Assembly: GCA_950097015.1 (NCBI GenBank)
Contig: CATNEN010000011.1
Coordinates: 310,001-374,000 of the forward strand
Source of the DNA: Macrostomum hystrix
Lineage: Eukaryota > Animalia > Platyhelminthes
Reading direction: 5' to 3'
DNA: 64,000 bases
The stretch's first letter is position 1. Every line of letters begins with the position of its first letter. This document shows, piece after piece, positions 1-14,017 of this stretch. The notes under the pieces were generated by a model. The model worked only from the letters and a program-made list of their open reading frames with translations. It was not told the origin of the DNA and searched no databases. The translations under genes and the position numbers were made by a program.

Positions 1-3000
1 ATGTGGGCTGCGCAGACAACTGCCTGGTGCGGTACGATGATGAGCGGCGAGCCATCCGGGTGCTGTACCGACCGACAGCCTCAACCTCACCCAGACACCC
101 AGAGACAATTGCTGAGGAGGCCGAAGAGGAGGACGAGCAGGTGAACCTTGATTAACATGGTTTTAATTTGTACTCGCACATGGTGCTCATATTCATTCGA
201 TAAAATTGGCCTGATCGTGCCAGGCGCCACAGCAAGCCGTTGTCACAGCTCCGTCGGCCCAACCAGTCTCATTCGAGCACATTTCTCTATCAACCCGTGG
301 CCTGTACGCTGCTGGTGACTTCCTTCACCTTGTAACATTCGCTCCTGGCGGCGGTGACTTCTACATCCGCGGCGTTGAGCCAATCGAAACCGGACTGGTT
401 GGTTTGGCCGTGTCCAGCCTGAGCGCCAACATGCGGCACGCCAAGCTGGCCGTCGGAACCCGTGACGGAGGAGTTCACCTGTTGAGCGTGGACAATGCCA
501 GCCACGGCGCGACGGCTGTTCCAGTCTACCGCTGTCGCTCCGGCGGCTTCGTTGGAGCAGTCACTCTGCCCGGCGGCTCCGGAAATCTTGTGGCTGTGAG
601 TCAGGAGTAACATTATTTAACAATTGATAGATAATTTTGACGGTGCGGGTATGGTTGCACCCATTTTGAATCAGAATGCCGAAAACCCAAACCCAAGTAC
701 GAATGCTGTTGTTCTTCGACCAAGAGTTCATCGCCCATATCAGTATCAGCTTAGTCAAAGTGCAGTCAGTATCAGCTTTTCGCAGGCCTTTTATTATTTT
801 CGTTTCAGTTCAGTGAAATTTCAACTCGAATATTTCAGACTGTTCGAGCCAGCGGCTTAGTGCAAGTGTGGGATTCAGGCTCAGGTGGCGCGCTGCTGTC
901 TTCGCTGGAGCTGGGTGTCGAAGTGAGTATATAGTTTTGAGGTTGAAGAAATAGAGCGAAGCTCGTAATCATATATCCCAAATATTCAAACAATTGAATT
1001 GAAAGTTACATTGACTTAGCTGCAGGGTGGTCTACGGGCACACCGGGGAGGCAAGGGTCGCCCATACCGCTAACCTTTGTAGGCCTGCAGGCAAACAATG
1101 TACATAGACTTACGATCTAAAAAACGATCAGCTACCTCTACTGGCTCTTAAATCTCAGACTGGCAACGCAATGCGGACAGCTGAATGCTGATAAGCCTAA
1201 ATCCAACAATCTTAATCGCATTTCCAGGCGGCCTCCTTTGCCGGCAACCCCACAGCAAACGTGGCCCTCGTAGGCGGCCTGGACGGATCCGTCTCTGCCA
1301 TAGATTTTAGCAAACCGCGCGAGCCACGCCTCCTGTGCCGCCGCCAGCTGCACCAGGCTTGTCCCGTTGCCAAGATTGTCGTGGACCCAACTGGCCGCCT
1401 GTTTGTCACCGCCGCAGCCGATGGTCGAGCCTTCATTGGGTGGGCTCGGCCGTCGAGGTCATTTGACATCCTCGGCGGAGTGTCGGTGCCCGGCCAGGTA
1501 CAGGATATGTCCGTCTGCGGCATCAGCAGCGGCGGCGGTGCCGTTCAGGTGCTGGCATTGGCCAAGCTGCCCGGTCAGAAGGATCCTGGTCACGTGACGT
1601 TCTTCGAGATTAGCGACGAGCTAATGAAAAGTGAGTGCCGCTCGGATGCCTGCTAAGCAAAGTAGGTAAATTGATACATTTATTCTGAAAGGGCCTCGTC
1701 CGCCCACAATTTTGCACCCACAGACCCGTCCCAGTTCTATGGGCCAAGCCGTGGCCTCTTCGATGACGCCGCTGTGAAGCGGCAGGCCTTCAGGCTGGAT
1801 GCCAGCGGCTACGGCTGCACTCTATTCGGCGGTGATCGGCCCCGCTTTTACACCATCAGCAAAAGCACCCGGCAGTTGCTACTCTATCCGCTGCCCACTA
1901 GCCAGGTAAATAAGGGCCGGCATAGCAACAAAAGTAGTCGTGAACTATTTAATCAATTGATCCAGTTCAATAGTCGGCTCCCTCATCTTCCATCTCCCTA
2001 ATCTCTGTGTGCTATGTGAACTTGCAGCAGAAAATAAACGCAGCAAATTTAGCTCTCCGCGATGCCAAGGTATTGTCGGCAGTTTTTTTTCACAGTTTTT
2101 CCTTTTTTAATTTAGCTTTTAGCACGCCTAAGTATTTTTCTCTGAAACAGCCAACCAACCACATGACCACTGGTTCCGCTGTCTTCCCTGCTGCCCTTTT
2201 AGGCCAACTATGCCGATGAGCATAAAAAGGTATTGCCGATTTTATCTCTTTCCTCTAGAGTTTTCCTGCACTTTGTCTACTCACCTCGAATTATTTCTCT
2301 GTTATTCGAAGTTTATTGGATGACGAAAAACTAAATTTCTGCTTTGCTGCGCACAGGGCGACATAACTGAGGAGGAAAAGCGGCTGGTAAAAATGCTTGA
2401 TTTTTTTAGCTGCACGCGTCTTTTACTCAGGAAAAATTATTTTCTTTTGCTGTCATTTGATTTGTCTTTAGGTTGTTGAGCATATCTTTAAGATTCTCGT
2501 TTTACTGTTTTTATTCTAGCTTCGCATCAAGCAGGCAACTCTGCAGCGCACAGAGGTACTAAGCTAGCAACTGTTTTTACTCGCTAATATTTTTGCACTT
2601 TCCATGCTACTTTTAGCATGTCACGTGCGCCGTTATCTAGGAGTTTTTTATCGATAGAAAAACTAAATTCAGAGACAAGCACAGTGACAAAGACTGCGCC
2701 CTGTGCTTCATGTTTCATCTCCCATAGACACAGCGCAGGCTCTCTGTGGACATTGGCAGCCCAGCCATGCAGCAGTCGGTGAGAATGAAGCAGCCACAGA
2801 CTTCGCATGCCGTAGATTTCAATCACAGACGAAACATAAGATTAGATTGTTTTATACCATAGAATCACCACTGATTAGCAGGTTTGCTTACAAACGAACA
2901 CGACTTCCTAGCACACATAGATCATTAGCTCATGCTGTCAAATTAATCTACGGTTCATTTTCAGTTTCTCGAACTCTACGACAAGGTAATCCATAGAGTA

Positions 3001-6000
3001 TTTATCTATTTATCTTGAGGTAATCTATTTCGAATATCATCGGCCAACGTTTACATTTTCAAAGCATTTTGTTTGAACTGCTGATCCAAAGTTTCTTGCA
3101 TGTATTCGAAGTCAAAGCTATGATTTTGTCGATCCAAACTTAAATCAAAATCACACTACATTGCTAACGAAAGAACACAAATTTGGCGTTGAATTTGCTA
3201 GGCAAAGCGCCGAATGACCCTGTTTGTGCAGAATGTGCCTCAGGTGAACCAGGTAAAAGTTTCTTTCGCCTCCGTTTCGTGGATAAACGATTTCGGGTTC
3301 GCTTATTATCAGAGTGACAATTCTGTCTCGTGTGAGTTTGTGTCTCTCTCACAGCAAGATCAGATCTCACGCGTTGAATTTCCGTTTTAGACAGCATTAG
3401 AAGTAAAACAGGTCCCGTGAACTCGAAATTATTGCTTGCGTGTGTTTACAGAAATTCACAATAATTATTCACATTTTTTCGTGCTCTCACACTGAGCTGG
3501 CCAACTTGTGTTCTTCATGAATAACCCAAACGAAAACAACTTTATGGATGAGCTTTCTAGATCCATGTCTGTAAAATTCTGACCGAAATTTTATTAATTT
3601 GCTCGCAATTGAATGTACTGTTACGAGCACTTGAGTAGTTATTATGCCACACGCTCATTTTTGATGGGCAAAATAAAAGTTCTAACTCTCCGAAATAAAT
3701 CTTGACACTCGGTAACCGCGTCAATCATTGTGAAGATTCATCGCAGGCACGAGGAAGAACCGGTAATTTACTGATGTGTGACTAATCATGGTCAAATACT
3801 TTAAACAAGCCTAAAATAGTAGCAAACGTGGAAAATATGTAATTTCTTTACAACTTCATGTTGTCTAGATAGTGGAACAGACGATACCAGAGCAAGCTAT
3901 TGAGGATTCTGACAGTGAGGTTTGTAAAGTGTTCGGTTTTCAGCGTCGGGGGTCTGTTTGCGGATCACATTTAATGTGCTTCTCACTGTTAGCTGCAGAT
4001 GCTTATTTAAATTTACTAAATTTTGTTCTTTTACTCTTTTTAAGGAATGAATTTTTGTGTTTAGTGATTCTCTGAGTGCAACAGACTATTTTCATGCCAC
4101 AGTCAAACAGCCAGCCAGCTTACTTGCAAAGCTCGCTTCTTAATACAGCAGTCGCAACGGCCAGAGTCCATGCAGTCAGCGGCAACGGGTTCAGAAACGC
4201 CCGATCTTGAGCCGGTCTTCACCAGCCGCGGACCTAAGTCGTCCATTGACCTGTCCGCTTCGCTGAATCTTCACACGGGAATGTATGGCGAGCGCCATCC
4301 CAACCCTCAGCGGAGAGCTTTGGGCCAGCAGAGACTGGCGGATGAGAGGCGCTCTCAGGTGTTCTTGAAAGCCTCTTTGGCTGCTGTTATCCAAATAGCC
4401 TGGCTCTAATTGCTTCCGCAAAATTCGCTGTCTAAATTATTCACGCCTGAGCAGAGCTTAAGTTGGGCATGAAGCTATCAGCGGCAGCCAGTCATTCAAC
4501 AGACAGCAGCATAAAATTATAAGTTCAATATCTCGCAGCTTCGACGAAATAATAGTTGCTTTCTCGTCTGCCTAGCCTTTTCAGATTTTTTTCAGAATTT
4601 TTATCGCAAAATTAATTTGTTCACGGTGTCGCTAGACTGTAGCCCACAGATGTTTCGTTTTAGCATCTGACTGATCTGTTCACTTTTAGGCATCACAAAT
4701 ATTGATTTTCTTGAATACGCGAATGAGATAAAAGCATCGTGATTGCACATTTCAGATTTGCTTGCATTTATGCGTCGTAAAAACACAACTTTAATTTTTT
4801 AATACCCGGAAATTCGCAGGACGAAGTACCAGAGGACCAGATTCTATCAGCGAATGTTTCTGCATCGCCAGAGATTTTTGCCGAGGACTCGGAGATGCAG
4901 CTGAAGATTCACCTGTCCAAGATGGCGCTTCTTGTGTACGGCTGTGACGGTGACGTGACTGTGGTCGATTTGGACAAAAATGCAAGTCTACTACTGGTAC
5001 ATGTATAAACAAAAGAGTTGGTCAAGATACGGAAAAGCTTAGCTAAAATTCCGCGAACTTTTGGACACCCCTCGTTGTTTATCCCATGAGAAAAAATGGG
5101 CAAATTCGTTAATATATGTGAAATCGAGCATCCAAATCATTATTGCTTAGAATCCTTAGATGCTGAATTTGCTCTTACTAACAAGGCAAAACATCATGAC
5201 TTATTTTCTAAACAGGAGGTTGCTGCCAAAGTTCGCGCTCACACCTACACCAACGGTGGGGTGCTGTCCGCCACCCTGTCGCCTGACGGCAAATCTCTTC
5301 TGACCACCGGCCACGACGGCAGCCTGTGCCATTTCGCCATTAAGTGAGATTCTAGTTTAATTATCTGTATGGTGAGGAATTAAAAAGGGGAATTTTCGCG
5401 CTTCTTATCTTCGAAAATAGGAGTGCTTTTTAATGTGGCTGAGGATCTACAGTCTAAATTACCGTAAGCAGCCCACGAACTGTTTTGTACAGGCTGCCTG
5501 ACCAGCTAGCATCCCACCTAGCAGACTGGGAGCTAGCCTTCAGCTCGGATCGAATGAGCGCAGTGACAGCCGAGAACGAGGCCGCAGCCAGCGCGGAGGC
5601 TTGGACAGCTCCGAGCGGCAGGCCAGTGCGGCGTGCCTCCGAGTCCGAGGACGATGACAGAGCCGCCGACGGAGACTCGGCGACTACTCAGGCAGCCACG
5701 TGGCTTCGCGACCAGGAGCGCCAGGCCCTGGCGGAAGAGGACCGGAAGTACGCGGACAAGAAAAGCGAGCTGCGAGATCGACTGGCGGAGATGCGTGCTC
5801 ACATCAAGGCCATGGTGGACAAGAACGCTGTCGAGGCGGACGATCTGGAACGCCTTGATCCACACGAGTTCGAGCTTGATCTAGACGAGCAGGTCAAGTT
5901 CGGACAGGAGACTGACAACGAGGTGATTCTCTGACGAGCTCGTGGGCTGCTGGGGTTATAACAGTTCTTTTCGAAAGAATTAGGTGCGGAGAAAGTCTTA

Positions 6001-9000
6001 AAAAAACAAATAGGAAACTTTAAAATTAAACTATTTGGGACTATTGGAGACACTCCGCATTGCTTTGACTTCGCTGTGAAGTTAACACGCTCCCAGATAA
6101 ATCCAAACTCAGGTGGCCAGTGTCCGCAAGCGAATCGGCCTAGAAAACCTGGCCAAGAAGTTCCTGGTGGAGGTGATCAAGCGCGAGTGCTGGGAGGAGA
6201 TGGAGGTCAAGGGGCGCAGTATCGTGTCATTCGGCGCGCCTCTGGAGGTGTCCAACTATCCATTGCGGCCGCAGACGCGGGAGGAGCAAGAGCGCCTGGA
6301 CCAGGTGGCCAAGCGCCGAGTGGTGGAGATTCAGGAGGCCAAGGATCGACGAGAGCTGCTGGACGCTCACAGCAAGGATCAGCAGGTATAAGTTTCTGGG
6401 CATGGGTACAATGGGCTATGGTCAATGAGTCTGCGAACTCATTGTGTTTGAGCCCATTAGTCACTTCTTAGTCGGCAATTTCATGATTTTTTATTGACTA
6501 ACCACATAGAGTAGTAATACTTGGAATGTGAAGTATGATGTTCTGTTCAGCTCAACCTGAAAAAGTTAGATTAGTCCGAAAGTCTTAAAGACAATTCCTA
6601 ACTTTTCTGCTAAATTAGGCTTCTTGTACAGTTCACACGATGCACTCTCCCAATTCAAAGCCTCTGGAAGATGTGATCAAAACCCGGTTCAACCTGAAGG
6701 TAAATATATATTTTCACCTAAGGTAGATTTGAACAAGCAGATCAAAATACTCTGCTGGTCTGTGACCACTGTAAATTATGCATTAGACGCTGTGTTTGCT
6801 TTTTGTTGCACGGAATACTGTCAAATGCACCTGCATTATATACTTTGTTATTTGTATCTTGCACATTAAAGATCCATTCTGCATGCTTTTCTGCTTTATG
6901 TCATTGAGCGGCAAATAAGTGTCTAGATGCTTGATGTTTCTGGAATGTGCCTGGTATTTTTGGCCTTTACGCAGTATTTGTATAGCGTCTATACACTGTT
7001 ATATAGCATGTTGTTAGGTTGCTTGTATGATTTATGCCTGATTCTGTTAAGCTTTTTTGGGAGCAGTACACTCTTTTGCGTGTTAAGCATGAGGTTTCGC
7101 CTCCAATCGCACTTTATCCAGCTGCATGGCACATGCATGGTTGCATGTGTTATTACTATTATTGGCACAAGCACTTTACAGAATATAACTATTTCCTAGA
7201 TTTCTCCTATTTAAATATTTAAATCGAAGAGCTAAAACTTCGATCCATTACGTTGTTACATGAATAGTTTCTCCCGAATTTTAGACGGATGGCGAGGATG
7301 AAGAGGAGACACAGGAACAACAAGAGCAGCTGGACTCCATCACACTGCAGGGCAGTGCAGGTATGCATTCAGGGATTTGCTGTGGCACGGCTGGTCTGAT
7401 TTAAAATACCGAGAAAGTTTACAGTCATAGTAAGAGCTTTCATGTACGTCGAGGCCAAAACTTGGAGGGATTATTAAAATTACAGATCGGGAGTGATATG
7501 TCATTTGACGTCAGGATTTTATATTTTAGTAAGCAGTTTCATTCAGAAAGTAACGAAATTTTTTCTGAGACCCCCTGACAGTCATGGGCTGGCTCTTAAG
7601 CAAGAAATGGGCAGCACAGCTCAAGAAATTTGCTCGTTCACTCTTATAACAACATTTGTTCCCTGTCTTATTTCTCCTTGCCATTTGTCCTGTCTGTCTC
7701 ATCTCTCCCAGTCTCTACGCCTTTCTTATATAACTTTCCTATAGTTATTCCTAATTATTCCTTATTTCCTAACGCTCTATAACTTTCCTTGTCCGGCCCG
7801 TTGTCCTTTTGGGTTCTGTTCTTGGGCCGTGAGGAAGCTTGCGACCCTGAGCTTCTAACCTTTGTCGCTTAAGCATTGCACTATAAACAGCTAGTAATTA
7901 CCATAGATACTAAAATAACTAAATAACTAAAATAAAATTATTTTTGTATCTATGCCTATGGTAATTACTTGCAATCAATTGCCATAGCTTTTAATGTTGC
8001 AGCCTTCTCACAGCCACAATAGAGCAGCTTATGTAATATCTTAGAGGAATCTAATACGCTTCAAGCAAACCATGGCTAACAAAAAGTGGCAGTGTAGCGT
8101 TGTTATTCGCTTTGTTATAATCTATCGGTGACTTTGGTGAACTTGTTTTCGCAATCATCTTTAACAACAACGCTCTCCACCGCACACCTGCAAAAACAGT
8201 CGCTTCTGATAAAGGCTCAGGTAAAACTTTTGCTGCAATCACTAACTGGCTAACACTTCCTCCAGCCCGTCTCATTGCCTGTCCTAGGCTTGCTCCGAGC
8301 AGGACTATCTAACTGTCCCACTGTTTGTTTACTAATAATTCGAAGCCGTGCGTCCCTTCTTTACTTACTTTGGCTTTGTGCTTTTGAAGTGAAGAAAGGA
8401 TGTGCAATTCAAGCGTTTTATTAAGTGTGCTAACATTTTCAATTTACACTAAACCAAAGCGATATTTAGATCAATAGAATCGCAGAAAACCAGGAATTAA
8501 TGATATAGTCGCTCGTATCTTTCATTTCGAAACAAAAGCCAAGTTCGTTGTTCTCAGTTTAGCCTCAGTTTATTTATAAGGCAACATCTTGTTGCGCCCT
8601 GGCATTGATTTTTTTATACGAAGCTTTCTTCCATCGCTACTAACAGTAGTGTAGCTGAATGTCAAAACGAATGCTCATAGCAACTTACGTTATCGGTCGA
8701 ATATAATTTATATAATTGATTTATAATAAATAATAAATAATTGATTACACCTGCCCCAATTGGGTCATTTGTGCAGCCGACAGCACAGCCGCAGCTAATG
8801 CGCGGCGCATCTGAAGGCTGCGTACAGCTGTTCAGTCCACGGACTGGGGGGACGCCACACCCACCTTCAATTATCCCAGCTGATGCTGGTACCCATTTAA
8901 CAGCTGGGTGAACTGAAGCAATTTGCAGAGTTAAGTGTCTTGCTAAAGGACGCAAATTGTTCCAGTGGAGTCGGGAATCGAACCCCTGTCCTTCAAGTCG

Positions 9001-12000
9001 TGAGTCCGACGCCCTAACCACTAGGCTACAACCTCGATCATATAGTAATGATGATAACGATCAAATACATATTAAAACATTTTAATCTTCGGTTTAAACT
9101 AATAACAGAAAAATGCAGTGGTTAAAGAGAATGCTAAATAATTAAACGTATTACAGATAAATAAAAACGTACGTTCTTACTAACACTTGATGCTTGGACG
9201 GCAACAGAAACACGCAAAAGAGAACAATGTGCTGAGATAGAACTATTCAAACACGAGATTCAGACCTTTTAAATTAGTTTCGCTAGCAGAAAGCATGCAG
9301 TATAATACGCTGGATTTGAATGCTTTTGATTACATTTGAATCGATGTCGAACCGCTGCTTTTCCGTTTGTCTAGCTGAACGATTTGGAATTCTGAAGTCG
9401 ATGTTCTACTCACAGTTCGAATTGCACACCAGGGAGCAGAAGCTCAACCAGATCGTGCTGCTGCAGGCAAGTAACAACAAAGTAGACGTTATATATATTA
9501 TTTTAAGTCCGCGGAATGTATTGCTTTGCATGGCCAGCCACTATCCTGATGGCATTTTCTAAGTTTACTAATTCAAAAATAAAGAAATGACGCCTGGTAT
9601 ACAGACAATCGGCAAAGCCGCAGCGATGTGTATTTAAGTGTCTTGCTGAAGGACACAAATTTTTCCCTTGCTCTGAGATTAGCTTAAAATGCCTCTAGCT
9701 TAGGAGTCCTTGCCATGGGGTGCATTACTTCAAAGTTCATGCATATGTAGCATCTAAGGCTTTGTATTTCCAACAAAACTGTATATCGTAAGTTCAAACA
9801 ATCACTCGACATGCACTAAAATGTAAAGCCATCGAGCTAACTTTATTTAAGAATATCTTAAGCCGAAGCTTCAAGATTCGGGACGTTCCGAATAAAGCTC
9901 TCAAACACACCCATTATTGACATTCAGGACTCGATCCGCCACATTAAGACCGGCTTTAACAAGGCATTCAACGATGTATACAAGAAGAAAGAGCAGGAGA
10001 TGGGCAAGATTCGAGAACGCAACCTGCGCGTCAAGAAGATCGTCTCCGACCTAGGCCTGCCGATGAGTGTTACGGATCCGAACTTCGTCGCAGCGGAGAA
10101 GCCGGAGCTCCTGTTCACGGTCAGTGACAGTGAAGTCACGGTGGAGAAGTATCTGACACCGGAGCAACGGAAAAAGCTGGAGGAGGAGCGCCAGGCTGAG
10201 GAGGATAGGCTGCGCCGCGAGCGGCTGGACAACTGGCGAGAGCGCGGCCTGGACCAGATGATGGGCGGCGTGCTGGAGGTGCACAAGGAAGACGAACTGA
10301 AGAAGGACATTCCCAAGCCCGCCTTCATGGTTAACAAGCAGGTCAGCGAGGTGTCATGCGTTCATTGAGAAACAACCCGCATTTCCGAAGTATTAGTAGC
10401 TCGTATATTTAATATCCTAAACCAAATCATAGTATCCTAGACGTAATCCTAAAATATTATGATAACTGTATTCTAAAAGCTAAACGTACTTTGATCTACT
10501 TAAGAAACCGAGCGGTCTGCCTGTTCCACTGATCTGTCCTTAAAATGATTCTCTGTAGTCTAAAAACTCATAACATTTTATTTGCATATAACTCGTATAT
10601 ACATAGACTTATACGATACGCTTTACTAGAATAGTACCTCGTGTCAAACAGTTTAAAAAGTGGCATTCCTAGTCTAACTTCTTTCCAAACTTTCAACTAC
10701 AGGAGACCGAGTGGAACGAAGACGAGCGCAAAGCGGCCGAAGACTATGAACGCCGAGTCCGCGAGCTGCAGGAGGAACGTGAGAAATACCGCAAGCAGCT
10801 GGAGGCCGAGCTAAAGAAGCTGCAGGTGAGAGCGGAGAATAGAATTGAGAATACGTTTGTATAGTGATGACACAAGCCCGATTGGGTAAGATGTACAGTC
10901 AGTATACCGCCGCAGCTATTGCGCGATGCTGTGCAAAGGCTGTGCGCAAAGTCTGTTTAGTGCGTAGATTAAGGAGGCCGACACACCCACCCAAGTTTCT
11001 ACGCCAGCTAATGATTAGTAGAAATTTTACAGCAGTTTAAACTGAGGCGCCAGGGATTTAAGTAAGTGTCTTGCTCATTGCTAAAACGACACAATTTTTT
11101 CCTTTGGGCAGAGATTCGAACTCCTAACCTCTCTGCCTGACCACAAGCTCGCTGTAGTGTAGAATGGGCAACCTCAGATACAGGGTCGAGCTGGAATACC
11201 GCTTTAAAAACACATTGAAGAAATTTGCAATTCTTTTAAAAGACTAAGGAGATGGAAGCTGATCTGAGACACCCGGGTTAAAAAAATATTGATTTAGCAA
11301 TTGAACTGTTGAATTTTCTGTCATACCGTTGTTCCCTAACGCCTCAATCCGCTGCCCAGAGCCTGACAGAGGACAACATGGCCGCCTTCGATCAAGAGCT
11401 CCGTCAGCTCTTCACGCTCAAGGTGAAAACCCAGTCAGCTGTGGTGCATGAGGAGCTGAAGATCTACCGCCTTCGACTAGCCCTGCTCATCGAGGAGGAG
11501 CTGTCCGTGCGCGAGACTGAGCTGGCCTGCCTGCTGCAGAAGCGCCGCGCCGCCCTTGAGGAGCTCGGCCCACTGATTGAGCGCAGCCGGAAGCTGGTGA
11601 AGACACAGGACGAACAGATCCAGTACGCCAAGTCTGACAACGAGTACCTGGAGAAGAACTTCTCCGCCTTCAAGAAGGAGTTCCCTGATGCATCCGCAGC
11701 AATGGCTGACGCTCTGCACAAGATGTTCAAGAAGAAGCTGCCTCAGTGAGCTTTTAGTACTGTTGCAGTATAAGGGGCACTAAAGATAGGCCAGATTATT
11801 ATAAAGAATAGCGTTTCGAATCCAATGTTGACAAAGGTAAAGATGTAGATTGACGATAAGGCCGTAAATGAATATAGTACGAGTATATAAAAGCCCGAGG
11901 CATCAAAGTATCATACAATAATAAATACTCCACCTTTAATCTTCACAAACCTCCCAGGTTGAAGATCAAAGCTGGCCTTGGAGACGCACCGTTCAATCCA

Positions 12001-14017
12001 TACGGCAATCGGCCGACGACGGCTAGCAGGCAGGAGGGAGCCAGACAGGCGCTGGGACAGGTCAGTGAGCCAGATCCCTGACTTCAATTTCGTGTGTACG
12101 AGCGTATCATCTGGGCTACACTAATAATCTTAGTTGCTCTCTTTGAATTGGATTTGAGCAAGGCATTCAATTATGGTTTTGGGTGCTGCCACACTTCAGG
12201 TCCTTCGCGAGCAGGACGACGAACGGCACATGCCATCGGGCTTGGACGCGCACGTCTGGCAACGATTCTGTCAGCTGCGCAGAAACAAGCGGGAGAAGGA
12301 ACTGCTAGTTGCCGACATGACCCTGGCATTGTCAGAGTTCCAGGCCTTTGTTACCAAGCGAGAGTCCGAGTACAATCAGCTGCAGGCTGATGCTGAGAAC
12401 CTCAAGCTGCTACAGGTGAGAGCAACTCAGTGATAATCACTTACGCTCGTGATCACACGATGCATATCAGCTGGGATCAGTTAGACTTTTGGTGTGTGCT
12501 ATGCATTTTGGTGGGAACAATCGAATCACCCCGTTGCATTCGCTCAAATCCTTCTCAGGAACAGCTGGCCAATCAGCACGCCCAGTTCTCCAACAATCTG
12601 GAAGTGCAGCTGCTGGTGAGGCAGGGCCAGGTCGAGGTTGAACCACGTGATGATTTCATCATCGACTTTGCCGATAGCCTGCTGCTCAGTCGCAGCGTTG
12701 TCGAGGATCTTAACAGCAAGATCAAGACGCTGGGCGAGGCGAAAGTGCGTTTCATGGAAGAGGCGAAAGATTCGAAGAAGACCTTCCGCCGGCTGGAGTG
12801 GGAGCTGCGGGGCATGCGCATGGATGCAGAGGATCTCATCAATAAGCTGCGCGATGTCAATAGCTTTAAGATTACGCGCGAGATACAGAGAGTGAGTTCA
12901 CGCTGTGGTACCCGGAGAATCTTGTACGTAACGATCGGTGGATTTGAACTCTAAACTAATTTAAGCTGCGCTGCGTCATTTGCCGATTTCAGTACCTTTC
13001 AACTGAGGACTATGACGGATTGATCAACAGTGAGATACAGAAGCTTGACCAAGCTATTGAGCTTATGAAGAAGGTTGGTTTGTATAATAAATATATAGTT
13101 CATAATTCACGTAAGCGCCTTAATAGCTCATATTGTGTAACCACAAACAAGCCATAGAGGGTTGATTTGCAAAGCGGACACGACTCGACTCGATCACATC
13201 ACGGACCACGAGGTCGAATCCGCGGCCAAGTGATAAGGGGTGCTGTTGCTGAGGAAGGTTGGAAGAGTTGACATGCAATTATAGACATGTTTACCAACCC
13301 CTAAGGCACAATGCACACTGCCTGACAACCAAAATGTCTGGGCAGATTTTTTTTCTAAACTAGCCGCGAGTTACTGTACAGCCGAGAGTCGGTGCCAACA
13401 GTCTTCTTAAAAATATTTATCAAGAATTTTCTACGGACCCATAACTTCCACTCACAAACCACCGTTGCAGCATCATGCCAAGATGCTGGAGTTGAAGCAG
13501 GCCAGGCTCAAGGAGCTCACGGAGGTGAAGTCCGGAGCTTTGACGGCTAAGAATGAGCGGCTGGACGCTGAACTCGAGGACATGAATGTGGGAGTCAACG
13601 AGCGGGTGCACATCGAGGAGACCAACGGTGAGTTCTGTTAAAGTGAGAGGAAATTAGACAATAACAGTGTAGATAGGACGAGTACATAGGAGCTGGATGT
13701 AGAGGGACAAGAGAGAGAGATACAGGCGCGATTGCGCGAAAATCAAGCTAGTTGGAATAAAAAGGCTGATATAAATAAGAATGGAAAATATAGAATTTGC
13801 GGAACTTTCAAGGCCAAACCTATACAGAAAATATCAACTCATTCCAGCCGAGAAGCGGGATGAGTCCTATGCAGCCAAGAAGCGCTATGAGCAAATCCTG
13901 CAACGCCAGCGCCTGGTGGACCTGGCGAAAGCACAGGCCAAAGAGGTGGCCGTCCTGCGCGCTGAAGTGGAACGCCTGCGAATGCGGACCTTCCCAGCGC
14001 TGGTGCACACCAAGTAG
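1..14017 (+). CDS. CFAP43: Cilia- and flagella-associated protein 43 (WDR96), 5'-partial. Proposed exons: <1-140, 224-595, 839-922, 1228-1630, 1724-1905, 2357-2386, 2728-2778, 4149-4358, 4820-4996, 5216-5343, 5493-5922, 6113-6385, 7285-7360, 9375-9466, 9928-10341, 10703-10825, 11360-11745, 11958-12060, 12200-12415, 12559-12891, 12993-13073, 13471-13627, 13848-14017
   Basis: WD40-like blades in the 5' exons followed by long coiled coils. Motifs I recall from CFAP43: [37 protein letters not shown], and C-terminal [14 protein letters not shown]. Exon phases join consistently with GT/GC-AG boundaries. The small exons between 2.3 and 5.0 kb are less certain. Confidence 0.92.
8700..9033 (-). mobile_element. 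tRNA-derived SINE, family A (near full-length copy, intronic)
   Basis: Reverse strand starts GGTTGTAGCCTAGTGGTTAGG (A box) ... GGTTCGATTCCC (B box). It continues with CCTTTAGCAAGACACTTAACTC...CACCCAGCTGTTAAATGGGTACC, resembling the Deu/Nin-type SINE core, and ends in an AT-rich tail. Homologous copies occur elsewhere in the window. Confidence 0.8.
10905..11155 (-). mobile_element. Diverged SINE family A copy
   Basis: Shares CCGCAGCTATTGCGCG, AAGTGTCTTGCT and GATTCGAACTCC segments with 8700-9033. A further partial copy lies near 9625-9720. Confidence 0.6.

Noticed and set aside
6927-7222. Hydrophobic short ORFs in a CFAP43 intron
   Set aside because: T/G-rich intronic composition explains the hydrophobicity, and there is no family motif.
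8960-9033. tRNA gene on the minus strand
   Set aside because: A and B boxes are present, but the acceptor and anticodon stems do not pair, and the sequence continues into a repeated SINE body.
5533-12860. Numerous antisense ORFs overlapping CFAP43 exons (also over PSMD5, the kinase and the monooxygenases)
   Set aside because: They are expected shadows of GC-rich codon usage on the opposite strand.
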